A stretch of DNA of 64,000 bases from Azolla caroliniana (Eukaryota > Plantae > Polypodiophyta): assembly GCA_043228905.1 (NCBI GenBank), contig JBHGNT010000022.1, forward strand, positions 12,462,001 through 12,526,000. Reading direction: 5' to 3'. The notes below the pieces were generated by a model. It was not told the DNA's origin, did no database searches, and saw only the letters and a program-made list of their open reading frames with translations. A program made the position numbers and the translations under genes. The number at the start of each line of letters is the position of its first letter. The first letter of the stretch is position 1. Shown here in pieces: positions 50,861-62,200 of the stretch.

Positions 50861-52288
50861 AGGGGTTACCGTGGGTTCGCCGGACAACGTCCTGGCCCAC
50901 GGGCGTGCCAAGTGTTACCCGGACAAGTATGGATGTGTCGGAGTCAGAGTCGGAGTCGGAGTCGGATTGACAATTTGGGTCGATGACTTAGCAGATAGCC
51001 GAATAGGATATAGTTAGTCACGAAGTTTTGTAATTCTTGATAATTATAGGCAATAGGATTTCTTGATGAGAAAAGACCTTTGGGTTACCTATAAAAGGAA
51101 CCCAAGGCATTGTAAAAATCTATCGTTGTATTTAGTAATATAAAGTTTAGTTAGGGAACTCTCTGTATGAATCACTCTTGCTATCTATTTCCTTCGCTCT
51201 AAGCTATATTACATAAGTCACGATCTCGGTGTTTGTTATCACCGATAAGTTTACAACTAATTCGTATCTATTCGTCTAACCACAACTTCTTGATAGAACG
51301 TTCGGTACGAACATTCATCTTATACTGTGTCGGAAAAGTAGTAATTGTCGACCGAACAACAATACCTAATTATGTGATTAAGTTAAGCGGAAGATTAAGT
51401 GATATGTGTGTGTATGTGTGTGAGAGGAAGAGAGAGAGGAAGTTAACACTTATGAACAACGAGACAAGATGGGGCATGATTAAATCTATATTAAATTAGC
51501 ATCATCAAATACAAAAATACCCACAATGAGGTAGATATACATCTCATGTGCAAAGGTGCACATGTGTGAGTAGAATATAGGTACAACAATGTAAGTCCTA
51601 TATTAAATGACATGGGAGTGGATGATCTACAATGTATCCCACTCAAGTACAAAATCTTATTTAAGGCTTTAAGGTCAACAGACTAACTAGATTCTATCTA
51701 GGTAACTACTATGTTACGTGTGTTGACTAACTAACTAAACTAAGTTGAGCTTGATATCTCAACACGCCCCCTCAAGCTCAAGTGTGAGGCGTCCGACATT
51801 TGGGTTTGCTTTCGGTATTGTCCGGCTTTCGATGTCGGTTTCTGTGCAGCTTTCTTCGGCCTTTCCGAGGCGGTTTCGGTAGTTTTGGTTCTCGACCTTT
51901 CCGAGGCAATTTCGGTTCCTCCCCCTCAAGCTGGTGATGAAGGCTTGTAGTGTGAACTGGGTGAAGGCCAACTGCTTCCACCTATCATGGGTCATGAGCC
52001 ACTTGTAGAGCTTTTGGGTTCTTGTTCGGCCGCCACCTTCATCGCGAAGGCATAATGATGGGCCATATACTCGTTGTAGCCGAGCTGAGTGACGAGGTTC
52101 TTTTCCCTACATGAGCGTCAAAGTTTTTCGCTCACCGATGTGAGCGCCTTCTTTACTCCGGGTGTTCGCATGGTGCGTACACCAAACTCACTGTCTAGTG
52201 AGCGAGCCGACACATTTGAATAACTGTTGTTGGGGTGATCGACTTCGTATTCGAGCATCTTACCTTTGCCTTTGTCCAAGGTCCTACT

Positions 52289-55200
52289 TGTTGGGATTAC
52301 GGTCCCTTCGGATGGGATGGTCGGATGTCGAAGATGAATGCCGACGAGCCCGGTTTCGGTTTCGGATCCGGATGACGAAGACCCCGGCTTCGGTGCCGGA
52401 TGACGAATGTACCCGGAGAGCAATCCGGATGCAGGGACATATCCGTGAATATGTTCGTTATGGGCCCCTGAGGCTATAGTTGTAAATAGCCCTAAAGTCA
52501 TATATGTATAAATATGACTTAGGGCAAATAGTTTTTGTGTTGCTTCTCATTTTTCTGTTTTTCCACTTTAGAGGAGTGAAGAGAGAGCAGCCGAGAGAGA
52601 GAGAGAAAGAGAGAGAGCGCGAGAGAGAAAGAGGTAGACGCCTCTGTGTATTTCCGCCGCCTGTGGCGAGGACAGCGAGCTCAAGGTCGTCGCCTTGGAG
52701 CTCGTCATTGTATACTTCTCTGTATAGTGTTGTTTGGAGTCTTGTACTCCCGTGGTTTTTCCCCGTTTAGGGTTTTCCACGTTAATCCTTGTGTACTCGC
52801 GTTTCTTCGTTTTGTTTCTACGTGTGTTTCCTATTTTCTGCTCCATTGATCCGCGATTAATCGGTTGTGGCCGAGATAAGAAGGTGAATAGAAGCGTCAA
52901 TTCTCAACAAACTGGTATCAGAGCGACTGTTGCAGAAAATGGAAGGCGGCGGCAGCGGGCAGCCGATGATGATGGTGCTGAATGCACAGAATTACGCCGA
53001 CTGGAAGATCAAGATGGAGGATCTTCTGATTGTTCGGGACCTGTACGAACCGATTGACAGGTCGGAAATACCGAAGGGGGTACTTGAGTCGGAGTGGAAG
53101 CTCCTGAACCGGAAAGCCGTAGCGACGATCCGACAATATGTCGACGTAAGCGTCCTGCAACATGTGGCGAACGACACCAACGCATACGAGATGTGGAAGA
53201 AGCTGTCTGGCCTCTATGAGAGGAAGAATGCGTTGAACCGGACCTCCCTGATGAGGAAGATAGTGAACCTCAAGTACCGGGACGGCGAGAGTATGGTAGA
53301 ACACGTAAGCACGTTCATGGGATTCGTGAATCAGCTTGCGGCGATCAAGTTCCCGTTGGAGGATGCAATGCAAGCCATCATCCTGATGTGTACATTGCCG
53401 GACAGCTGGGAGAACTTGGTGGTGACTCTCAGCACCTCCTGCACCGAAGATAACTTGTCCCTACAAACGGTAAAGACAAGTATTCTGAATGAAGAAGCGC
53501 GTCGGAGAGATAAGGAACCGGCCTCCGACCCGAAGATGCTGTTTACCGAATCGGATCGGGGAAGACAGTGGAACCGGAGTCCGCAAAGACGGGAGAAGTC
53601 GGGGACCTGGTCGCAGTCAAGAGGAAGGCCAACATGCTTCCACTGTGGGAAGCCGGGGCACTTCCGGAAGAACTGTCGGCATTACCGAAAGGACAACGGA
53701 GCCGACGACACCGATTCGAAGAAGTCACCGGAGAGAAACGGTGCATACCAGGGAGCCACGGACCGGAGAGGTCCGGATCGGCGAGGGCAGGACCGGAAAG
53801 GAACGACGGCATTCGCGGCAAGTGAAGAAGAGATAATGCTCATTACCGAAGAGACGGAGCTAAACCTTGCCGGTGAAGAGATGACCTGGGTGGTCGATTC
53901 CGGAGCGTCGTTCCACCTGACCCCGGAGAAGAAATACTTCTCATCCTACACAGCCGGTGAACATGGCTGTGTCCGGATGGGAAATGAAGGCACATGCCGG
54001 ATTGCCGGCATAGGAGACGTGTGGCTGATGACATCAACCGGATGCAAGCTGCTGCTGAAGAATGTGCGACACGTTCCGGAGGTCCGATTGAACCTGATCT
54101 CGGCCGGGAGGCTAGATGATGAAGGCTACACGGGTAGCATCCGGGACGGTGTCATGAAGTTCAGCAAGGGGAGCCTGATAGTGGCTCGGGCCCGGAAGGT
54201 CAACACTCTGTACCTGATGAATTCCCGGCTATGTCCGGAGGAGCTGAACGTGGCAGCCGTCGCTGCCGGTGAGCTGTGGCACAAGCGACTGTGCCACATG
54301 AGTGAGAAGGGGATGAAGAGGCTTGCAGAAGACAACCTTATTCCAGTGAAGCATGTGCACCTGGAGAAGTGCACCGACTGCCTGGCCGGTAAGCAAAACC
54401 GAACCTCCTTCCACTCAAGGCCACCGACGAGACGTAGCGCACCATTGGAGTTGGTGCACACTGATGTGTGTCAGGTAGAAACGAAGTCACATGGCGGAGC
54501 CCAGTACTTCGTGACATTCATTGATGATCACAGCCGGAAGCTGTGGACGGCACCGTTGAAGACAAAGGACCAAGTGTTGTCCGTCTTCAAAGAACTCCAC
54601 GCGAGAGTGGAAAGGGAATCCGGCAAGAAGCTGAAAGCGATACGAGCGGATAACGGAGGGGAATACCGGGGGCAGTTCCAGGAGTACTGTCGCTCGAAGG
54701 GAATCCGGCTCGAGTTTACTGTGCCGAAGACGCCGGAACTGAACGGGCTGGCCGAGAGGATGAACCGGACCATAATGGAGCGGGTCCGGAGTATGCTGGC
54801 GCATGCGAAATTACCCAAGGGGTTTTGGGCTGAGGCAATGTCGACGGCGACATATGTGATAAACAGATCACCCTCAGTTCCTTTGGACGGAGACACGCCG
54901 CAGAGAGTGTGGACCGGTAAGGAAGTGTCCTACCGGCATCTGAAGGTGTTCGGGTGTCTCGCATACGTGCATGTGGCAAAGGACCGGAGAGGAAAGCTAG
55001 ATCCTAAGACCCGGCCATGCATATTCCTCGGTTACGGCGACGACGAGTTCGGCTACCGAGTATGGGACCCGGTCGACAAGAAGATATTCAGGAGTCGAGA
55101 CATCATCTTCATGGAGGACAAGACACTCGCCGACTGGGAGTCGGAGAAGAAGATGAAGAGCTCCAAGTCGATCGGTGAGGATCAACTCTACGAGGAGCAG

Positions 55201-57646
55201 TCCCGACCGGCAAGGGACCGGTTAACACTCGAGGATCCGGCCGAAGACGGTGAAGAAACAGAACCGGCCGAAGAAGATGAAAATGATACCGGAACCGGCC
55301 CCGATCCCGAAATGGATTCGGATGAAGAAGAAGAATCGGAAGAACCGGTTACCGAAGCTCCGGAACGGAGATACCCTCTAAGAGAGAGAAGGGCCCCCCG
55401 GAGATTTCCGGAACCAGAGCACGTGCTGCTAACCGACGAGGGGGAGCCGGAGAGCTTTGAAGAAGCAAAGCATGACACCCAGAGCCGCAGGTGGTTGAGT
55501 GCCATGCAGGACGAGATGGATTCCCTGCATGAGAACCACACATATGAACTTGTGGAGTTGCCGAAAGGAAAGCGGGCACTTCGAAACAAGTGGGTGTTCA
55601 AGCTGAAACCGGGAGATGCCGGAAACCCCCCGAGATACAAAGCCAGGATCGTGGTGAAGGGGTTTCAGCAAAAGAAGGGCGTCGACTTCGACGAGATATT
55701 TGCCCCGGTAGTGAAGATGACCTCCATCCGGACGGTGCTGAGCATAGCGGCAAGCATGGACCTCGAGGTAGAACAGATGGACGTGAAGACGGCATTCCTT
55801 CACGGCGACCTCGATGAAGAGATCTACATGCAGCAACCGGAAGGATTCGAGAAGAAAGGGAAGGAGCACCTGGTATGCCGGTTGAAGAAGAGCCTTTACG
55901 GACTGAAGCAGGCTCCCCGGCAATGGTACCGGAAGTTCGACTCCTTCATGACCGACGAAGGGTACCTCAAAACGCAGTCCGACCACTGCGTGTTTGTGAA
56001 GAAGTTCGAAGGAGGAGACTTCCTAATACTCCTCCTGTACGTGGACGACATGTTGATCGTCGGACGGGACCAGGTCAAGATACGGATGCTGAAGAAGGCT
56101 CTTCACCGAACCTTCTCAATGAAGGACTTGGGTCCGGCGAGGCAAATACTAGGGATGCACATCATCCGGGACCGGAAGAAGAAGCAGTTGTGGCTGTCAC
56201 AGGAGAAGTACGTGACGAAGGTGCTTCACCGGTTCAACATGTCGGAAGCAAGACCGGTCGGATCGACCCTCCCTGCAAACTGCAAGCTGTCCAGCAAGCA
56301 AAGTCCCAAGACAAAGGCTGAAAAGGAGGATATGATGAAAGTGCCGTATGCCTCAGCAGTCGGGAGCTTGATGTACGCCATGGTGTGTACGAGACCGGAC
56401 ATCGGATATGCAGTCGGAGTGGTGAGCCGGTACATGAGCAATCCCGGTAAAGAGCATTGGAACGCGGCCAAGTGGATACTCCGATACCTGAAGGGCACGG
56501 CAAACGTGTGCCTCCGATTCGGCTCCGGTAAGCCCGAACTCGACGGCTTCACCGATTCGGATATGTCGGCTGATGCAGATACCAGCCGGTCCACATCAGG
56601 GTATGTGATGACGTATGCAGGGGGAGCTGCTTCGTGGCAGTCGAGGCTGCAGAAGACGGTTGCGTTGTCAACCACGGAGGCGGAGTACATGGCAGCTGTT
56701 GAAGCCGGCAAGGAAATAATATGGATGAAGGACTTCATTAGAGAGCTCGGTATCCGGCAGGAGGAGTACCGACTCTACTGCGACAGTCAGAGTGCAATCC
56801 ACCTTGCGAAGAACGCGGCTTATCACTCCCGGACGAAGCACATCCAGCGAAGATATCACTGGATCCGGGAAAGGATAGAAGACAAGGAGTTCGTGCTGAC
56901 AAAGATCCACACGGACGAGAACGGGTCGGATATGCTGACCAAGGTCCTCACACCCGACAAGCTGGAAGCATGCCGGAAGAGGGTCGGATTGGAGAGACAT
57001 CCCATGCCGAAGTGAAGGGGGAGTTTGTTGGGATTACGGTCCCTTCGGATGGGATGGTCGGATGTCGGAGATGAATGCCGACGAGCCCGGTTTCGGTTTC
57101 GGATCCGGATGACGAAGACCCCGGCTTCGGTGCCGGATGACGAATGTACCCGGAGAGCAATCCGGATGCAGGGACATATCCGTGAATATGTTCGTTATGG
57201 GCCCCTGAGGCTATAGTTGTAAATAGCCCTAAAGTCATATATGTATAAATATGACTTAGGGCAAATAGTTTTTGTGTTGCTTCTCATTTTTCTGTTTTTC
57301 CACTTTAGAGGAGTGAAGAGAGAGCAGCCGAGAGAGAGAGAGAAAGAGAGAGAGCGCGAGAGAGAAAGAGGTAGACGCCTCTGTGTATTTCCGCCGCCTG
57401 TGGCGAGGACAGCGAGCTCAAGGTCGTCGCCTTGGAGCTCGTCATTGTATACTTCTCTGTATAGTGTTGTTTGGAGTCTTGTACTCCCGTGGTTTTTCCC
57501 CGTTTAGGGTTTTCCACGTTAATCCTTGTGTACTCGCGTTTCTTCGTTTTGTTTCTACGTGTGTTTCCTATTTTCTGCTCCATTGATCCGCGATTAATCG
57601 GTTGTGGCCGAGATAAGAAGGTGAATAGAAGCGTCAATTCTCAACA
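52289..57646 (+). mobile_element. Intact, very young Ty1/copia (Tnt1/Tork-like) LTR retrotransposon
   Basis: 621-bp LTRs 52289-52909 and 57026-57646 with one mismatch seen (52330 A vs 57067 G), perfect TSD CTACT, PBS TGGTATCAGAGC (52913-52924), PPT GAAGGGGGAG. Confidence 0.98.
52939..57015 (+). CDS. Copia Gag-Pol polyprotein (1358 aa from the first ATG)
   Basis: Uninterrupted ORF with CFHCGKPGHFRKNC, WVVDSGASFH, WHKRLCH/CTDC, D-D-E integrase, YVDD and RNase H FTDSD/TEAEY. Confidence 0.97.
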   Translation: MEGGGSGQPMMMVLNAQNYADWKIKMEDLLIVRDLYEPIDRSEIPKGVLESEWKLLNRKAVATIRQYVDVSVLQHVANDTNAYEMWKKLSGLYERKNALNRTSLMRKIVNLKYRDGESMVEHVSTFMGFVNQLAAIKFPLEDAMQAIILMCTLPDSWENLVVTLSTSCTEDNLSLQTVKTSILNEEARRRDKEPASDPKMLFTESDRGRQWNRSPQRREKSGTWSQSRGRPTCFHCGKPGHFRKNCRHYRKDNGADDTDSKKSPERNGAYQGATDRRGPDRRGQDRKGTTAFAASEEEIMLITEETELNLAGEEMTWVVDSGASFHLTPEKKYFSSYTAGEHGCVRMGNEGTCRIAGIGDVWLMTSTGCKLLLKNVRHVPEVRLNLISAGRLDDEGYTGSIRDGVMKFSKGSLIVARARKVNTLYLMNSRLCPEELNVAAVAAGELWHKRLCHMSEKGMKRLAEDNLIPVKHVHLEKCTDCLAGKQNRTSFHSRPPTRRSAPLELVHTDVCQVETKSHGGAQYFVTFIDDHSRKLWTAPLKTKDQVLSVFKELHARVERESGKKLKAIRADNGGEYRGQFQEYCRSKGIRLEFTVPKTPELNGLAERMNRTIMERVRSMLAHAKLPKGFWAEAMSTATYVINRSPSVPLDGDTPQRVWTGKEVSYRHLKVFGCLAYVHVAKDRRGKLDPKTRPCIFLGYGDDEFGYRVWDPVDKKIFRSRDIIFMEDKTLADWESEKKMKSSKSIGEDQLYEEQSRPARDRLTLEDPAEDGEETEPAEEDENDTGTGPDPEMDSDEEEESEEPVTEAPERRYPLRERRAPRRFPEPEHVLLTDEGEPESFEEAKHDTQSRRWLSAMQDEMDSLHENHTYELVELPKGKRALRNKWVFKLKPGDAGNPPRYKARIVVKGFQQKKGVDFDEIFAPVVKMTSIRTVLSIAASMDLEVEQMDVKTAFLHGDLDEEIYMQQPEGFEKKGKEHLVCRLKKSLYGLKQAPRQWYRKFDSFMTDEGYLKTQSDHCVFVKKFEGGDFLILLLYVDDMLIVGRDQVKIRMLKKALHRTFSMKDLGPARQILGMHIIRDRKKKQLWLSQEKYVTKVLHRFNMSEARPVGSTLPANCKLSSKQSPKTKAEKEDMMKVPYASAVGSLMYAMVCTRPDIGYAVGVVSRYMSNPGKEHWNAAKWILRYLKGTANVCLRFGSGKPELDGFTDSDMSADADTSRSTSGYVMTYAGGAASWQSRLQKTVALSTTEAEYMAAVEAGKEIIWMKDFIRELGIRQEEYRLYCDSQSAIHLAKNAAYHSRTKHIQRRYHWIRERIEDKEFVLTKIHTDENGSDMLTKVLTPDKLEACRKRVGLERHPMPK

Positions 57647-58749
57647 CTACTTGGCCGCGACGTGCTTGGAATGCTTGAAGGCTTAGGTGGGCTTGGATTG
57701 TCCTTTGGTAGAGGACTTGGCTGAATATCGTCCTCTGAGTTGACGTTCAACTCTTCCTCGGTCGAGTCGGGTGGAGCCTACGTCTCGACTTACCTGAACC
57801 ATTCGGGTCAAAGGGTTATAACACTTGTATGCCTTCTTCTCGGACGAGTATCCTACGAGGATACATTCCTCTGACTTCGTGTCAGGCTTCTATCGGTTTT
57901 CGTTTCGGATGCGTACATTTACAATGCTTCAGAACTCCTTAGGTGCGATAGGATCGACTTCCTTCCAACAAGGAGGTCGTATGGTGTTAGCTGATGCATT
58001 ACATTAGTGGTGCATCGATTCATGAGATAGACAACCGTGGATGCCGCTTCGACCCAATAGAAGTTCGACATGTGCTTCTCATGCATCATGGCGCGTGCTA
58101 CCTCAAGTATTTGCCAATTCTTCCTTTTGGCGACTCCATTTTGTTGGGGTGTGTGTTTGCACGAGAATTCTCTCCGGATGCCTTCATCTTGGAGATAGGA
58201 GATGAATTCATCAGAGATGTACTTATTGCCTCCATCTGATCGTAGGTATCGAATGTGCCGAATGGTTTCTTTTTCGACTTGGCCCTTGAGCTTTTGGAAG
58301 TGGGAGAGCACTTCGCTCGTCTTCTTCATCGGGAAGATCCACATATAGCGTGAGTAGTCGTCGATGAAGGTGACATAGTATCGGCATCCGCCAATCGTCA
58401 GCGTTTGCGCCGGTCCCCATACATCCGAGTGTACGATGTCGAGGAGGCCTTTGCTTGCGGAGATCTCCTTCGGGAATGGGAGTCGATGTTGTTTGCTGAG
58501 TTGACATGCTTCGCATACTCGTTCGACTCGAAGGTCGGAAGTTCGATGGTGACTCCCTTTGTTTGCATAGCTCGGAGCCGTTGGAGGTTGATGTGGCTGA
58601 TTATCTTATGCCACAACTCGATGTTTGTCTTGGTTTTGAGACCTTTGGCATACACGAACGATTTCACCTCGTTCGAATCGAGGATGAACATTCAGCCGTC
58701 TCTCTGTCCTTTAGCTATGAGCCAACCCTATTTCTCAATGAAGCACCAA

Positions 58750-59220
58750 CTAGGTTAACACGGCCTACCCTCAGTCCTTTGGGGTACGGCTCAAGAAGAC
58801 TACGATACAGGGAATGGAGAGCGTAAAAGGTCTAGACCAATTGATATGCCTAGTCTTTTCGCCGTAGGGGTATAAGCGAGGGAATAAGCGTTGTACAGGA
58901 AACGACTACAACCGAGCTCCTTCATACCGTGACATCACTATTTACACAGACACCGTTAATTACCACCTCCACACATACATAGGGTTAGCATATACACACA
59001 GTTCAGAAAGACAACACGACTATATTCCAAAACTTATAAAAACAACCACACCCTTTACAGTGTTTCCATGCGCTTTATATATACAGGGCCTGGACGGTTA
59101 CTCTCAGTGCGTGGAGCTTACATGCGTTTATACTTCCCAACGCTCCCATTATTACGAGGCTACGCTTATCCCCTTTGTTCTTTACATCGTTTTCCACTAG
59201 TACGGCTCCGGCGGACAACA
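58750..59220 (-). mobile_element. Truncated LTR-like insertion in the host copia
   Basis: Interrupts the RFN-GCFIEK coding region; one end reads TGTTGTCC on the minus strand; no TSD found. Confidence 0.45.
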
Positions 59221-62200
59221 GTTGGTTAAACGAACTTGCATGCGCTTCTCCACGATTTGGCCTACCGAGACCAAATTGTTTGTTATTGTGGGCATGTGCA
59301 AGACATTCTTGATGCAAGTTTGTTCTCCTTCTTTCCCGAATGGGACATTGCTGATGTACTGAATGGGATGTGTGGTGTCAACTCCCGTCTCTATGAAGCC
59401 GGGTCAATTGGGCGTGCGCAAATCACTGAACCACTGTTCGTGGGATGTCATGTGATGTGAAGCGCCGGAATCGACAAACCACACGTCTTCCGAGTTGGAG
59501 GTGCTTGTGGAGTCGGAGGCTGACATAGAGTTCGCTCTATGTCTCATTATGAATAGTCCACCGTAGTTGTCGTATTCGGAGTTGTTGGCATAGTTCATGA
59601 GTTGTCGGCTTGTCAAAGACGACTCACTTCTCTTTTTCCGACACTCCTCTTCGCAGTGGCTGATTTTGCCGCAATAGTTGCAAGCAATGGGTCATGTTTT
59701 CTTGCATTGTTCAACATGGAAGCCCTCCCTTCTTCCAAAGGTTCCTCGAGAGCTTCCGTCTTGTTGTCGAAGGTTTGAGTTCCCTTCATTCGATGGGTCA
59801 AATCGACCTCTTGTACCGCCTCGACCTCGTCCTCGGCCACCATCCGAATTCGAGAAGAACATATGTCCTTCTGATGTCTTGATCTTGGTTTGGGCGTGGT
59901 TCTCTTCGACCAATAACATTGATTGAAGGTCGAAGAACGAAGGAGGGTTTTCTCTAGCCAAGTTTGCCGTCCTTAATGGGTCGAATCGTTGTGTGAGGCT
60001 GCCCAAGCATACTTGTCGAAAACAACATCTTGACTCACACGAACCTTTCGAGTAGAGGGGTTATAGCACTTGTACCCCTTTTGCTCCAGTGAGTATCCTA
60101 CGAGGATACATTTCTCCGACTTCGGGTCGAGCTTTTGTCTCTTCTCATTGGGAATGTGCATGTATGCAAGGGAGCCGAAAATTCTAACATGTGAGAGGTC
60201 TGGCTTCCTTCCAAAGAACTTCGTATGTGGGGTTATGTTGTGTACCCCCGAGGTTGTACACTTGTTCATGAGGTATACGGATGTGTTAGCCGCTTTTGCC
60301 CAATACGATTTCGGCAGGTTCTTCTCGTTCATCATTGCCCGTGCAACCTCTACTTTGTGTCGATTCTTTCGCGCGGCTATGCCGTTTTATTGAGGTGTGT
60401 GCCAACATGAGAATTCTCGTCGTATTCCTTCCTTTCGGAGATATGCCGTAAACTCGTCTGAGAAATATTCTTTGCCTCCATTTGATCGAAGGCAGTGCAC
60501 TTGCCGACCCCTGGCTTTTTTGACTTCATTTTTGAACCTTTGGAAGTGTCTGAACACTTCGCTCTTCTGTCTCATCAAGGAAATCCAGGTATGCCTCAAG
60601 AAGTTGTCGGTGAATGTGACAGTATCGGCAACGGCCGAAAGTTGCCGTCTGGGCTGGTCCCCACACATCTGAATGTATTACATCCACGATACCTTTGCTC
60701 ACATTCCTCTCTTTTGGGAATGGATGTCGGTGTTGTTTTCCGAACTGGCACGCTTCACATATGCCCGTAATCTCTCTATCCGTAAAATTTGGAAGTCCGT
60801 CAGCAACTCCTTTTGATTGCATGTTATGGAGCTTCTAGAGATTAATGTGGCCAATTCGCTTGTGCCACAGTTTCAAGTCGGTTTCAACTTTAAGACCTTT
60901 TGCATACATTTCCGACTTTACCTCATTTGATTCGAGGATAAACATTCTGCCTTCTCGGCGACCGTGAGTGATGAGGCGGCCTTCTTTTTCGATGAAGCAT
61001 CCTTCATCATTGAACCGCACTTGCATCCCTTGTTCGACAATCTGGCTTACCGAGACTAGGTTTTTAGTGATGGTTGGGACATGCAAGACATCTTTGAGGT
61101 AGGTTTGTTTGCCGTCGTTCCCGAATGGGACGTTTCTGATGTGCCGTATTGAATGAGTCGTGTCATCGCCTGTTTCGACATAACCGGGCCGATCGGGCTT
61201 TCGTAATTCTTGGAACCAATCTTCATGAGAAGTCATATGATTGGACGTTCCTGAGTCAACAAACCATACATTATCTGAGGTTGAGGTGCTTGTCTCACCT
61301 TGTGTCGACATCGAATGTGCTTTGTGCCTCATCATAAACATTCCGCCTCGATCGTCGTAGTCGGAATTTGACGCGTAGTTAGTGAGTTGTCGGCTAGTCG
61401 AAACCGCGTCTCGTATCTTCTTTCGGCACTCATCTTCATAGTGGCTGAGTTTTCCACAGTACTCGCATTCGATCGGGTTGTTATGAATGCTCGGTCCGGC
61501 AGGATAGCTCCCCCTTCTGCCGAACTCTTTGGCATTGCTCCTATCGTCTTGCCATTGGTAGGAGCTGCGTTCTCGAGTCGACTGACCATGTCGTCCTCGA
61601 CCGAATCGACCTATATTTCCTCGGCCGAATCCTCTTCTATCATCTGACTATGAGTAGAGCATCTGACCATTCGGTGCATTGCTCCTTTGTCATGCATGGT
61701 TTTTTTCCACCAATAATATTGATTGAAGGTCGAAGAAGGAAGGTGGGTTCTCCCTTGCGAGAATGGCTGACCTGATTGTGCCAAATCGTTGTGCTAAGCC
61801 GCGGAGGCATATTTGTACCATTTCTTCATCGTCGATGATGACATTGATCAATCTGAGGGCATCACACAACTCCTTGATCTTCAAGGTATAGATGGTGATC
61901 AACATTTACCTCTATTGCATGTTGTTTAGCTCCTGTCGAAGTTGGAGCTTTCGTGCAGCCGTATTGGTTGCAAAAATCTTCTTGAGATTTCCCCAAGCTT
62001 CATTCGGTGTTTTCGAATCTCGAATATAGCCAAGCATGTGGTCATGAATGCATGACACAAGGCAATAGAACACACGGCTTGCGGCCTGCTCACATGTTAG
62101 GTAGTCGGTGTGTTCCGGGTTGCGTTGCGTTTCGTGAGCTCCTTTGATGTAGCTCCAGTAACCTTGTCCGACAAGGTACTGATGCGTCTTGTACTCCCAA

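Larger units (their letters stand above)
42563..51361 (+). mobile_element. Full-length but mutated non-chromovirus Ty3/gypsy element with an extra 3' ORF
   Basis: LTRs 42563-43016 and 50913-51361 (TGTT...AACA, CCTATAAAAGG TATA on +), TSD GTACC/ATACC. Gag with zinc knuckles, protease IVDGG, RT FLDD, RNase H DAS, integrase with a GP-type tail and no chromodomain. Confidence 0.93.

Noticed and set aside
50846-50864. Purine-rich AGCAAGGGTGAAGGGG as the gypsy PPT
   Set aside because: It ends 48 nt before the LTR boundary fixed by LTR alignment and TSD, and has no counterpart in the related element at 7.8 kb.
52918-57238. Many antisense and alternate-frame ORFs over the intact copia
   Set aside because: Shadow ORFs of a GC-rich coding sequence with no motifs.
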